DNA from: Oikopleura dioica
Lineage: Eukaryota; Animalia; Chordata
Assembly (NCBI GenBank): GCA_907165135.1
Contig: OU015569.1
Location: forward strand, 9,238,001 to 9,302,000
Length of the DNA: 64,000 bases
Direction: 5' to 3'
Below are positions 1 through 15,000 of this stretch, in pieces (the stretch's first letter is position 1; each line of letters begins with the position of its first letter). The notes under the pieces are model-generated. The model saw only the letters and a list, made by a program, of their open reading frames with translations, was not told the DNA's origin and did no database searches. A program made the translations under genes and the position numbers.

Positions 1-3000
1 CAATTCTACGGGCCAAGTGAAAGGAGAAGTTGGAATATGTCCTCAGACAAAATGCCCTGCTGGATATGGTTTCTCGAGTGGAAGCTGCGAACTTTGTGAT
101 GATAGTCATCATAGCGATGGATCAAGTGCTTGCCAAAGTTGTGATCTCCATGATAATCTGTACTGCCCGAATAGAGACGGAGTCCCAGTTGAATGTCCGA
201 CTGGTTACTACAAAAAACTATCGACTGACAAAACTTGTAGTCCCTGTCCAGAAGGTAATTCTTGCGATGCTCTTGGAGCAAGCCCTTGCGGACCTAATGA
301 GTACTCATACGAAGGAGACTCTGTATGCCGAGCTTGCCTACCTGGGCATGAATGCAATAGCTCTACAGCAAAAATGTGTCGATATGGAGAGTATATAAAC
401 GGAAATAGCTGCACGCCTTGTCCTAAAGGAAATGCGTGTCCGAATCCATGGGAAAATGAACAACCGTGTACTTGTAACGACGACGGATGTAACTTTCAAG
501 ATGCAACTGGTCAAATTGAATGCAAACCTTGTCCAGCTGGAAAAACGTGCACTGAAAGCACTGCTAGTTCTTGTGCTTCTGGAAAATACTCTCTTGAAGG
601 ACAAAAATCGTGTGAAAACTGTCCTCCCGGTTCAATGTGTCCAACAGCAGATTCACCTCCAGTGCCATGCGATCCTGGATATTATGCGCCGGCAAATAGT
701 ATAGATTGCACAATATGTGACATCAATTGGTCGTGCGATAAAGAAGGGAAAACTGTAGCATGTGGACCTAATGAATACAGTCCTCTTGGTGTGTCAGAAT
801 GCTTTCAATGCCCAAACGGTCATTCTTGTGGAACTGGAATACCTGTTCCTTGCTCACCAGGACAGTACTCATTGAATGGAGTGTGCACAAGCTGTTCAGC
901 AGGAAACTACTGCCCGATTGGAAGTAACTCGCAAATCACTTGTCCAGTTGGTCATAAATGCCCTGCAAATGCCTTCGCACCAACATTGTGTCCCCCCGGA
1001 AAATTTCAAACTAATACTGGTCAATCAAGTTGTTCCGATTGCACACCAGGATATACATGCGATGGATACACGAAAAAAACATGTCCAGTTGGCCATTTTT
1101 GTATCGACTCGACAATTTCTCCGGTACCTTGCCCAAAAGGAGAATATCAAGATGAAACCGGTCAAACAGGTTGCAAAACTGGCGCTGCAGGATTTTATTG
1201 TCCTCCTGGCGCTATTGAATGCCATCTTTGCCCTGCTGGTTCTTATTGTAATAGCGGTACTAAAGCTAACTGTCCTGCAGGCAAATACTCTGAGGAAGAA
1301 GGTAGATCAAGTCAATGCGACGAGGAATGCCCTTTAGGACATTATTGTCCGGCTGGTACATCAAGTCCTTTCCCATGTCCTCCTGGTTTTTATCAAGACA
1401 CTATTGGGGAATCAAATTGTAAGCCTTGTCCCGATGGAAAATCATGCTCGTCTTCAGGATTAATTAAACCTGATAGAAGATGTGATCATGGTCATTTCTG
1501 TTCGAGCAGCAGTAATTATCCTAATTCGTGGGCACCATCAACAACATGGCGAGGTAATGCTGGAAACCCATCTACAATGTGTCCTGCAGGAAAATACAGT
1601 GCAAAGACTGATAATACTGGAGAATCTCAATGTGAAACTTGTCCTGCTGGATTTTACTGCTTCCCAGGCACTGGCAATGGCTTGATCAACCCAATAAAAT
1701 GCCCAGCGGGGTACTACTGCGAGGGGACTCAAGGTTTGGAAGTACGAGATGCTGATGGAAACGAAGTTGACATTCCATTTAAATTTCCCCTTGATCCTGC
1801 TTACGGAACAAAGCCGAGTTGGGAAACAGGAAGCGGCGAAAATTACCGACCAAGAGGTTGTCTTGCTGGAACTTGGAGTAATCAAACTGGGGTATCTGAT
1901 CCTAATGAGTGTTGGGTGTGTGAACAGGGCTGGATGTGCACATTCGGTACGAATCAGCTCGACCAAGGTGACGTTGTTGATTTGATAGAACTGCCAGCGC
2001 CCTTTGATGAAGTTCAACATGATTTCTACTTCGAAGAAAACTATTTCAGACGAAGTCAAATACAAGCTATGAAATGTCCAAGAGGATGTTATTGCTCACC
2101 GGGTACTGGTTATGGAGTAACCGACAACTACAATTCTCAATTGACTTATGGATTCATAAATAATTTCTACAGCGATTACACATTAAAAGAACCACAAGGA
2201 TGTCCCCCAGGAACTTACAATGACGAGGAAGGTATTGGTCGTGTTTCTGATTGTAAGTCTTGCGAACCGGGATACTACTGCGACGGAGCTATCAAAGATG
2301 AAAATCTGCATTTGCTTAACCGAGAGCCGCTCGATGAATATGAACCGGGCACAGTTGTACCGGACGCTTGTCCTGCAGGCTTCTATAATCCAAATTATGG
2401 CGGAAGCAGTTTTGCTGATGACTGCCCACAATGTCCCGGTGGTTGGCATTGTCCTGAAAATGCGACTTCTGTACCTACAGAATGCGGAAAAGGAAAATAT
2501 TCAGATGTCCAAGCAATCGTCTGCTTAGACTGTGAGCCTGGTTACTATTGCGATAACTCTACAACTTCTAAAGAGGATATGTTGAATAACAAGAAGTGTC
2601 CGCCAGGTATTGACTGCTCCGTAAACTCGCCAGACTATCCAATTTCAATTATTCCTGAACTCTTCCAAAATCCTTGCCCACTTGGATACTATTGCCCTGA
2701 CGTTGATCCTGTCCCTTGTCCGCCGGGAACATTTGGCGGAGAATTCGGTCTAAGTGAGGAAGATCAATGTACTCCCTGTACCGAAGGCTATTATTGTCCG
2801 CCTTTGGGCGTTCCTCCAACCGGTGCAGGTGAATGGCCTACAATAGAAGTACCTAGCTGCGAATTCGATCATATTTCTCTTGGAAATTACACTTGTAATG
2901 CGTACAAAGAATGCCGACCAGGCCGATACTGTGAAACTGGTTCATATGAAGAGACAGAATGCGTTAAAGGCACATATCAACCATTTCCTAGAGCAAAGTC

Positions 3001-6000
3001 TAAAGAGGAATGCGCTCCATGTAAATCTGGTAACTATTGCGACGAACCTGGACTCGCGGAGCCAAAACCTTGCCCAGCTGGATTTTACTGTGAATTCAAT
3101 GTGGATAATTTCATAAGTACTCCCTGTCCACCGGGAACTTATAGTATTTCCGAAAGTTTGCGATCGAAATACGAGTGTCCATTATGTGGAGGTGGACTTT
3201 ATTGCAGTGGAGAATTAGATAGTCTGACTGATACGGTTAAACCGCCGAAAAATTGTACTGCGGGTGTTTACTGTAGACAAGGTTCTCCATCAGAAGACGA
3301 TTCTAATTGCAATCTTCCTGACGAAACAGATCCATTATATGTTCCAGGTGTTGAGTGTCCCATTATTTGTCCACAAGGAGCGTATTGTCCGGCCGGATCA
3401 TTTACTCCACAACCTTGCGAGGAGGGAACATACACTACTGGCCCTGGAAAAGGCAAAAATGATGATTGTGAAATGTGCAAAGCTGGGCATTTTTGCTCCG
3501 GAGAAGTTTTATCTGACCCTGTTACAGGCGTTTACTACGATGGAACTTCTGGTCAATGCGAAGGAGGTTATTATTGCCCAGGCGGTAATATTCGAAGCAA
3601 CGGTAAAGATGGATCACTAGATACAAGAGAGTGCAGTCCTGGCACCTTTTGTCCGCTCGAGAGTGCTGACGAAACTGCTTGTAGTGACGGAGAATACCAA
3701 GAGTATAAACTTGGCGCCGAATGTGAAATATGTCCTCCCGGGCACAAGTGTACAGTTGCAACAGGTACATTTGATCCTGTCATATGCGAGAACGGCGAAT
3801 ATTGCGACGGTGCCATTGTTAATGATTGCGATGCAGGAAAGTATTTAAACGTTACCGAGCTCTACGATACTACTATCATCTCTCCTTATACAATGGGAGG
3901 TATTACAAAAGAAGAGTGCAAAGCATGTCCGATCGGCTTTTATTGTGGCAGCCAAAAACAAGCACTCCAACACAATGTTCAGCTAAATATGCCTGTCTAG
4001 GAAGTCAGAGTGACCCGACAAAAGACATAAATAATGTTTCAACTGAATGTCCTGCTGGATTTACTTGTCCAGCTGGCACGGGCTCAAAATTCGAAAACCC
4101 TTGTGCCCCTGGTACATTTAATGAAAATCCTCTTCTTGATACTTCTTGCAGTGCGTGTACTGCTGGTCGAGTGTGTGATAAATATGCCACAGTTGGGTCT
4201 ACAAATGTAACTTTCGTTGATTGTCCTGCTGGTTATTTCTGCCCTGAAAGAGCCTGTAAAATCGTACCAACACTTGACCCAGCAAATACGAATGACCCGT
4301 GCGAAGATGTGATCGAGGAATGTCCTGCCGGATATCATTGTCCTCTAAACTCCGCTGAGCCAAAAGAATGCCCAGCTGGAACTTATTCCGACAGAAAACT
4401 TTTGTCGGGGTGCTTTGATTGCGAAGCTGGATTTTTCTGTCCTGGTGAAGATTACGCTAATTTCTTTAGTAACTACGATGATTGCATAAATGAAAGTTAC
4501 TGCAGAATTCCTTGCCCTGCTGGTTCAAAATGCGAATCTACTGGATTATCGGCACCTAAAGAATGTGACATCGGAGAATTTAACCCATATGTAGGTGCTC
4601 TTCAATGCTTACCATGTGAGGCGGGAAAAGCTTGCCCTACAAAAGGCATATCCATTCCAACAGACGATATCGATTCTGGTTATTATTCTATCTCAGGAGC
4701 TGATACGAAAACACCATCAGGAACTCCGGATGTTAACGGGCCCTGCCCAGATGGATATATTTGTGGGTCAGGACAAACTTTGCCGAATCCATGCGCTGAA
4801 GGTGAAGAGTCTGAGTCTGCTTCAAAATCAACTACATGTGTTCCTTGTGGTGAAGGCAAATTCTGTCCTAAGAAAGCAACGGAGTCTTCGAATGGTCTAC
4901 CTTGCTTGGATGGATTCAGCTGTGAAAGTGGCTGTATAAGCGCAAATTCTGTCACTGAAGATAAATGCGTGGTTTGTCCAGTTGGACATGAATGCAAAAA
5001 AGGCAGTATATCGAACTGTGAACAGCAATATCAACCAAGTGTGGGCCAAAATGAATGCTTGGATTGTCCCGCTGGAAAAGACTGTGAAAAAGGAATTGCT
5101 GCGGATTGTCCAGAAGGACACTACTGTGAGGAATCCAAGGGTAAAGCTGAGTGTGGCAGAAATACTTTTGCAGATGTTACTGGGCTACAAAATTCAAGTG
5201 AATGTTCACCGTGTCCTCCAGGAATTGATTGCAGCAAAGAAACCCTTCCTATCAGCAGTTATCCAACGACTCCTTGTCCCGCTGGAAACAAATGCCTTGG
5301 AGGAGATGACCCATTGACATGCACATCTGGAGGCTCGACTTATTGTCCTGAAGGCTCGATAAATGATGTTGCAGTACCAACCGGACAACTTTCTTCTGAT
5401 GCAGCAACATTGACACCATGCGCTGAGGATGAGTTCTGCACTGGAAACAATCCATCAGCTTGTTCGAACGATCACCACTGCCCTGTTGGCACTCCGTTTG
5501 AAATTCCCTGTGGAAGACCTGGTGCTGAAAGCTGTTTCAGTTGCGATGAAAATTTTTATTGTCCATATGATGCTTCTCAAAACCCATGCCTTCCTGGTTT
5601 TCTATGTCCACCAGACACACCGATTCCTACAAAGTTGTGTCCTGCTGGAACAAAATGTAATGACGGAATATCAGTTGACTGCAATGGAGCTGAATACAAT
5701 CCAGCAGAAGGACAGTCAGAATGTATCGAGTGCCCCGCTGGAGGAGATTGCACGTCCACTGGAAAAGATCAAGTTGATCCAACTGATTGTCCGGGAGGTT
5801 CATTCTGTGAATTCGGTCATGTAACAGAAGATTGTGCGGCTGGAAGCTTTGGCACTGATCTTTCGACTGGTGCACAGAGTCAAGAGCATTGCCACGAATG
5901 TCCTTACGGTAAATATTGCACTGGTGGTAAAGATAACAACAATTGCTCCATCGACGGAAAAGAATGTCCGATCGGCACCGAAACAGACAGTCCAGACGAA

Positions 6001-9000
6001 TGTCCCGAGGGTCATATTTGCATCCAAGGCAAAAAAGAGCTTTGTCCAAGTAGCCTATATCCTGACTCATCAAATATAAACTGCATTGCTTGCACTGAAG
6101 GTGGATATTGTCCTGGTGATGGCTCATACGTCCTCTGTAACGAAGGATACTATTGCCCGAGTTCATCCGACACTTTGCGTCCTGATCATCTTTGCCCCGT
6201 TGGGAATGTTTGTCCAGATGGCTCTGAAAAACCACAAGATTGCTCGCCTGGAAACAAAACTATTGAGCTTGGAAGTGAAGTTTGCATGAATTGTGATGCC
6301 GGATACTATTGTGAAAATGGCTCAGACGAAAAAGAATGTGGCGCTGGCATTGTCTGTGCACCTGGATCAACCGATCAGTCTATCACATGTTCAGATGGAT
6401 ATTCTTCAAGCGTTACAGGGCTTACTGATCAGTCAGAATGCCAGCAATGCGAAGTAGGCACCTACTGCAAAGACGGCAAGCAAACTTCTTGTGATCCAGG
6501 ATGCGACTGTCAAGCAGAATCAAGTGTTAGTTGCCCGAATAATTGTCCAGCAGGGAGTGAATGTTCCCTTGCAACAGCCTTGCCATGTCCACCTGGTCAA
6601 TTTAATGATGGTACTATTGGAAATGCTCTCAGTTGTGATCCTTGCGTTGATGGTAATTACCAGGATCAGCACGGACAAAGTACGTGTATTGATTCCTGTG
6701 CCGAAGGTTTCTATTGCAACTCTGGCGCCAAAAGTGAATACCCATCTCGACTTTCTAACGGCACTGATTTCGGCATTTGTCCCACAGGTCATTATTGCAC
6801 TGGCGGCAAGAAAGCAGAATGTCAGGAAGGAACTTATCAAGATAGAGAGGGTCAAAATGCTTGTTTCGACTGTCCCGCTGGTTATTTGTGTAACGAAAAG
6901 GGCCTAGATGACTACATAAACCATCCTTGTCCAGCTGGTCAATATTGTGGCAGGAAAGCGCTTACTGGAATTGACTGCCCAAGTGGCAAGTACAGAACGA
7001 CTGAAGGAGCTAGATCTGAAGAGGAATGTCAGCTATGTGAGCCTGGAAAAGTTTGTCCAGGCAAAGATGTGCAAAATGACTGCCCTGCTGGTTATTACTG
7101 TTTTGTTGGAGCAAAAGACAACGGGCCACTGGCACCAGAGCCCTTCAACTCCGCTATTAATATCACAATTGATGGAACCGATAGAGAAACAGTCGGCATA
7201 TGCCCCATTGGTCACTATTGCCCAGCTGAAACAGCTCTCCCCAAGCCATGTCCGGCTGGATTCTACTGTGACATTGAGGGAATGGAAAAACCAGATACCT
7301 CAAAAGAATGTCCTGGTGGAATGTACTGCATCTCGGGCGCAAAAGACGATAGCACAATAGTGATCCCAAATCATAAGATAGATTGTCCACCAGGCTTCTA
7401 TTGTCCTAAAGGAACAAAAGTACCAATAATGTGTCCTGCTGGAACGTACAGAAATGTCCCTGGGGGCGCTGATAAAAATTCTTGTAGCCAATGTCAAGAG
7501 GGATTCGTTTGTTACCAAGGACAAATTGAAACAGACGAGAATCAGTGCCCAGAAGGCTTTTTCTGTGAAGCTGGAGTAAAAGACATCTATGATAGAACTG
7601 GTCCAGTGTATACGTACTTTTGCCCTCCTGGATTCAGTTGTAAAGATGGAATCAGGGAACCTTGTCAAGCTGGCACCTATCAAGCTGATAGAGGAAAACT
7701 TACATGCAACACATGCCCTGCTGGATATTACTGTCAAGAAGATCTCATCAACGGAATATGGTCTCCAACGTCTTGCCCAAAAGGAACTTACTGCCGAGCT
7801 GGTTCTGATAGCGCTACTGATTGTCCCGTCGGCACTTTTGGTTTAACTTCCAATCTCCAGTCCGAAAGTCAATGCACAGCTTGTCTTGCCGGTCATTACT
7901 GTGATAAGGAAGGAATGACAAAAGATCTTGTTTTAGCTAACAAATGTAATGAGGGCTATTTATGCACACCAGGCTCTTCAGGGCCGAACGGTCAAAGAGA
8001 CGGCAGTGACGAGGAAAATAGATGCGAACTGGGTTCCTACTGTCCTGCTGGTACACCGGTTGCAATAAAATGCCCGGCTGGAAAATTTAATGATGGTAGT
8101 GATCCAACAATGTTCGTGGATTGCGCTATCTGTACTGAAGATTTTTATTGTGAATACTCTGGAACAATCAGACCGGTCGCTTGTCCGAAGTTCTATCTCT
8201 GTCCTAACGAAGACTCAGACCCCGGAGAAACTGGGCTGGATGTGGGTGCAATCATCGCAAAAACTGGAGGCAGTGTGACCCCGTTTGTTTGTCCACTCTA
8301 TCATCAATGTGACGATGGTCTCATAAGAACAGCAGCAACTTGTCCTGACAACACCTACCGAGAGGAGTTCGAGATGGACCCTTCACACACTGAACATTGT
8401 CAACCTTGTCCCAGTGGAAAAACTTGCCAGCAGGGTCAAATTCTTGATCTTTGCGCAAAGGGTAATTTCTGCGATGAAGACGTAGGAACTGTTCCGTGTC
8501 CATTAGGATCTTATAATCCAAATCTGGGATCATTCTTGGACCCGAATATTACATGTGACAAAGATATAGCTAATCTTCAAGCTTGTGCCGTTGAGCAAAA
8601 GGTCTGTCTGGCTTGCCCTGCTGGTTACTACTGTGATAACCCCCTTGGAACTTCTCTTCCAAAGCAATGCAATGCAGGTTATTATTGCAATCAGAACAGT
8701 TTTGATAAGGAAGAAAATCTTTGTCCAGTTGGTCATTATTGTCCAGCCGGGACTGCAGAACCCGTTCCTTGTCCGGTTGGCACTTACTTGGACGATTCAG
8801 GAAAAGAAAAACTTGATGATTGTAAACTCTGTCCTCCGAAAAAATTCTGCGATGAACCCGGGCTTTTCCAAACTTTTAGTCTTATTGATTGTAAAGAAGG
8901 ATACTTTTGTGGTCTCGGATCTCCCAGCAGAACTCCTGAGGTTCAAGTTGATAACAGAAACTCAACCGGTGAATATTACGGTCCATGCATAGAAGGCGAA

Positions 9001-12000
9001 TATTGTCCAAGTGGAGACAATGCTGCACCAATACCATGCCCAGTAGGTGAATACAATGATCTAGTTCATCAAGGAAAATGTTCTACATGCCCCGCTGGAT
9101 ACGAATGTCCAGGTGGCGACGTCTTACCAACACCGTGCAAAGAAGGATATTTCTGTCCAACGAGCGAAACAATACCTCAAATGTGTCCTCCCGGAACATA
9201 TAATCCTTCAACACTCGGCTATCTTGAGGGAACTCATTGCCAGAAGTGTCCAGACGGAAAGATATGTGATCAGCTCGCTCAAGAAGTTCCTACAACGTGC
9301 CCTCAAAAGTCTTACTGTCAAGGTGGAATTCAAACCCAATGCAAATCCGAAAAACTTTGCGACTCCATTGATCAAGGATACGAGAAAAACTGTCCTTACG
9401 GAAGCCAGTGTACCGACAGTGATGCTGGGCCTTGTGAGATTGGATCGTATTGCGAAAACAGCACTCCAACTAAATGCGAGCCCGGTTCATATTGCCCTTC
9501 TGACAGTGAAAAATATCCAACATTGTGCGAACCAGGAACAACTTCTAATGTACTGGGCGCGACTGTCGATACTTGTAATGAATGTACTCAAGGTTACTGT
9601 CCCCAATATGGAAACTCTGATGATAGTCTTAACACCGTTTCTGACGGCTTTTACTGTGACTCAACTAAGCCGTGCGGTGCAACATCTACGCCAAATTCTT
9701 GTGAACCCGGATTTATGTGTAAAAATGGGCTCAGATCTGAGTGTTCTGCTTCAACAGAATTCCAAAGCAACAGTGAACAGTCAGAATGCTTACCGTGTGG
9801 AGATGGTTTTACTTGCGATTCCTCTCAGCGGTTCGAGTGTCCTGAAGGAACATACTGTGCTGCAGGAGAAAACATTGAACATGAATGCAAAGAAGGAAGT
9901 ATTGGATTCGTATCCGGCGCTTCGGACGAACAAGAAGCATGCAGAGACTGTCCTCCAGGGTACAATTGTGATAAAAAGGGAATGAAAATATCAGATCTGC
10001 CAAGTAACCAATGCCCAGTTGGCTACTACTGCGAACTAGGTACTGATGGCTTGAATATTCCAGAATGCGAAGAGGGTAAATATTGCAATGGAACTTCGAC
10101 AGACGTTTACGGTTTCCCATGCCCAGTCTCAACATTTTCAAATTCAGCTGGTCTAGAGGATGAGGGTCAATGTAGTCCATGTTCAGCCAATCGTTACTGC
10201 CCCCGCTCAGGACTATCCAACATTGACGACTTCCTCTGTCTGGCTGGATATGACTGTTTTGCAATCACTGGCAACTCCCAACCTAATCTACCAGATAACA
10301 TTTGCCCAGAAGGAAAATACTGCGAGCAGGCGATGCCAGCCGTCAATTGTAGTGAAAACTTTTACCTTGATAGAACTGGAGCGACTCAAGAATCGGACTG
10401 TGACGCTTGTCCAGCTGGAAAAGACTGTAGTAAAACGTCTGGAATTTCGGATTCTCTTGATGACTTAGAATCTTGTCCTCAAGGATCATACTGTCCAGGA
10501 GGCGTACCTCAAGACTGTGATATCGATAATGACTTTGGCGTTTGCGATGAAGAAGGACTTACTGATCCTATTCCGTGTGCAGATGGAACATTACAAAGCT
10601 TATCAATTTGTATACCATGTGCTCCAGGCTCAAAGTGCTTCCTCGGAATGGAAAGTGACAAAATCAAAAACATAGAGGAGGATTGTGGTGCTGGTTTTTA
10701 CTGCTTAGCTGGCACAGAACGACTGGGTGAGCCTTGTCCAAGCTCCACATTCTCAAATGCTCTAATTGCAACTGATGACAGCACTTGCACATCTTGCACA
10801 GCTGGTAATTATTGCGTCGGACTCGGTCAAACCAGTATAACTGGCGATTGCGAAGAAGGCTATTGGTGCAGTGGTGGAAATGAAAGCCCTCGTCCAGAGA
10901 ATGAGCTCAACAGCACAGGCAATCTTATTGGTAATGCTTGTTCTCCTGGAGAAGAATGTGATACCATCGTAGCGACTCCTTGTGCGGAAGGATTCTATCA
11001 GCCTGATTTTAGAAAAAATCATTGTGAGATGTGTCCAGCCGGTTTTTATTGTAAAGAAAAGGGGACTACAGTTCCAGTTGAATGTCCACAGGGTAATTAT
11101 TGTCCAGAGGGAACAGGAAGTAATGCCACTTATGAAGATGGAATTCCTTGCCCTGATGGCTCGACAGGAAGTCGACCTGGACTTGTTGACTTTGACGATT
11201 GCACTTTGTGTGCAGCAGGAAAATACTGCAATAGTACTTCGATCAGTATTGATCCGCAAGGTCTCAATTGTACAGAAGGCCATTATTGTTCTGGGGGATC
11301 CTCGGTTCCAGACCCTTGCCAAGCGGAAGATGGCGACTGTGATAATCTTACTGATTATGAGGAAACATGTTGGGACTCATTAACGCTCTCGAATAAAACC
11401 GTGGGTGGAGTCTGCGTTCCTGGTTATTTCTGCCCCGAAGGATCGGCTCGTCCTCGACCATGTGATGCAGGAAAATCTTGTCAAGGCTTGAAACTATCGG
11501 AGCCTGATGGTGGATGTGATCCTGGATACTACTGTCCGACCGGAAGTAAGAGTCCACAAGAAAAAGTATGTCTCCCCGGTCATTATTGCTTGGCAGACAG
11601 TGCATACCCTGAGCCATGTCCTCCAGGAACATACGACGTTACAGATACCGTCGATTCGACTCATAGAACTAATTCTTCAATTTGCATTGAAAATGAATCA
11701 CAAGTTGACGGATTTGCCTTTGAAGGCTGGGGAAACACTTTCCTCACAGGTGTGGAATGCGAAGCCGGTTGGTATTGCGAAAAAGGCACTTATAACCGCT
11801 ATGGAGATTTATGCACAAGACACCACTATTGTCCTAAACGCTCATATTATCCAATTCCTTGCCCAACCGGTAAATGGCAACCTAATTCTGGCTCGATAGA
11901 ATGCACAGATTGCCCAGCAGGATGGTTTTGTAATGTCACTGACATCGGAAATTCGCATCGAGAACCGCCTTCAGCAGAAGAATATCCAAAGCCGTGTGAA

Positions 12001-15000
12001 ATCGGGTATTATTGTCCTGAGGGTACCACTAAACAAGAAGTTTGTCCAGATGGTACATATGGTAATAGAACAAGACTTGCCTCAGCAGATGATTGCCTAA
12101 CCTGCCCACCGGGATACTATTGTTCCGATGGATTCATTGTAGGTATGTGCCAACCTGGAACGTTTTGCACCGGCGGACAAGGCCCCAACTATGCACGAGG
12201 CCTCTCGTACTACTTGGACATCTCTGAATCTTGGAGAGGACAGTTTCAATATCCAGAAGGCGCTTCTGGATTTTGTCAAGCAGGAACTTACTGTCCAGAA
12301 GGGTCACATGCGCCTATTCCATGTCCACCAGGATTTTTCGGAAATTCGGGTAATCAATCAGATTTTACACTTGCATGCGAGCCAGCTCAACCGGGAAAAT
12401 ACGTTGGTGTCGAAGCAGGATCATCGAGTGATGAGAAAGAATGTCAGAATGGCTTTTATTGCGCTGGAAGATCAAAACTTAGTCGACCTTATGATGATGC
12501 AGCACTAGGCAATCTTGGTGGAACAATATGTCCCGCTGGCCGTGAATGCGAAACTGGAAATATTGCTCTGTGTAATAATGGAACATTCCAGGTTAACGAA
12601 GGACAGAACCAATGCATTGAGTGCACACCTGGATATTTATGTCCACAAAAGGGGGTTACATTACCCTTTAGTTGTCCCGAAGGTTCCTATTGTGAAGAAG
12701 GAAGCTCTGAAGGAAGCGAATGTGCGGAGGACTCCTTTAATCCCGTTGAAAGACAGTCAGATTCATCTTCTTGTTATCCTTGCAAGGGTGGCTTTAAATG
12801 CAACGGTGGTGACAATGTAGACGTCTGTTCCGACAGAAATTATTGTCCAGAAGGCCAAGGCGAAATATTGTGCCCAGCAGGTCATCTTTGCACGGAGCAA
12901 CTCTCATCACCAGAACCTTGTGAAACCGGTTCATATCAACCTTCTGAAGGAAAAACTGACTGCGAACCTTGCTTAGGTGGCCATTACTGTGAGTTCCGAG
13001 GAGCTAAAGATGTGACAGGTCCATGCGAAGGCGGATATTATTGCAACGGGAACGTTACTGATCCGCGTCCATCTCCTGAAAAATGCTTACAAGGAGAAGC
13101 ATGTCCGATTGGTGCTATTGATCCTATCTTGTGCAATAACGGCAGTTACGCACCACTCGATCTGATGGAAAAATGTGAAATCTGCCCGCCTGGTTATTAC
13201 TGTGATGGTATTGACGAGCTGCCTTTCTGGCGAACAAAATACGAAGGAGTTGTACTTCCCATTGAGTGTAATAAGGATGAATATGAGAATGTTATTCCTC
13301 CTGATGAGTTCGGATATTGCGAAGAAGGATCAAGATTACCAACTAGATGTCCTTCCGGAAGTCTCGTTCAAGGAGCGCCGCAGTTGTTTGATTCTACTGA
13401 ATGTGAACCTTGTCCAACAGGATATTATTGCGAGGGTGGTGCAATTGCTGGAGAATGTGAAAAGGGAAGCTTTTGTTTGGCCTCGAGTGGTGAAAAAGAC
13501 TCTAAAGAAAACTTCTTTGATGAACATATTTTGAGCGAGAACACTCTATGTGACACCGACCAAAAAAATGGCTGCGCTGGGAAGTGCCCTCCCGGATATT
13601 TATGTGAAGAGGGAACAGATCTTCCAATACCTTGTCCTCAAGGACAAAAGCTTGCAGACGGAACCCTTCTCACAGCTCCTGGTTGTGAAGACGTAGGACC
13701 AGGAGAATTCGGTGTGCAAGGGTTATTCGACTCTGAAGGGAAGCCTTTCCTCTGCCCAGAAGGATATTATTGTCCTGGACCGGATTCTACACAAAATATC
13801 ACAGCTGATCCTATTCCGTGCCCAGTTGGAACATACATGAATTCAGAGGGTGCCAAGGATAAATGCACTGCGTGCATCGGAGGCTATGACTGCACCGAGC
13901 TAGGCCTTCGGAACTATGAAACCTTTATTTGTCCACCAGGACATTATTGCTTAGCCGGGGAAGGCCGAGAACCTTGTCCGAATTCAACTTGGAGACCAGA
14001 TGTTGGTGGTAGCAGTGATATAATTGGCCATGAAGATGGATGCTCTCTTTGTCCAGAAGGAGAATATTGCCCCGAAAATGTTATCAATGATGCTGGCGTC
14101 CCTTGTCCACCTGGATTCACTTGTCCTGAAGGAACTGAAATTGCTGATGAACTGTGTCCAGCTGGTTATTATTGTCCAGAATCTAGCTTCCACGAAAGAT
14201 ATCCATGTTCTGCAGGTTTCTATTGCGAACTAGGAAGCTGGAACGAGACTGTTTGTGAATTCCCGTATTATTGTCCACCGTTGACTGATAAAGAGTTTGG
14301 CTTTACGTGCGACCTTGGTCACGGTGCTCTAGCAGGTTTAAATAGAACTAACGAAGAAGAATTTTGTCAGCTATGCCCTGCCGGAACATATCGCTCTCGA
14401 GAAGATCAACCAGAGTGTGAACCGTGTCCAGCTGGCATGTCTTGTCCTGAAGGTACCGGAGAAGATCCCAGAGAGCCCATATTGTGTCCGATCGGTCACT
14501 ATTGCCCAACAGGAAATCCACTGGGACGACCTATCCCCTGTCCACCGGGAACATTTTCAAATGAAGTTGGAGCTCAACAAGAGGCTTGCCAGCCATGCCC
14601 AGTCGATACTTATAACAACTTAGAAGGACAAGCAGCTTGTCGGCTTTGTGGAACCGCCTCTATCGCGAGAGAAGGATCAATTCAGTGTCAGTGTATTGGC
14701 ACAAATCGTATCTTCCAATTTTCCGATGGTTCTTGCATCTGTAAGCAAGGATATGAGTCCCATGGCTATGATGAAGCGGACGACGAAACCGAAGTTAACA
14801 AAAGATCAGATTGCGTGGAGATTGTCAACGATCGCTGTGATGATGGCTTCGTTCGCGATGCGTTCACACGAGAATGTATTACGGTTGATGACGCGGATCA
14901 AAAATGCGAGGACAGTAATCTCCAATGTAAATCGGGAAGCCCTGTTTTCGACCAAAACTACGGAACCTGCTTCTGCTCGATTGTTGATGCTGTCGAAGAC

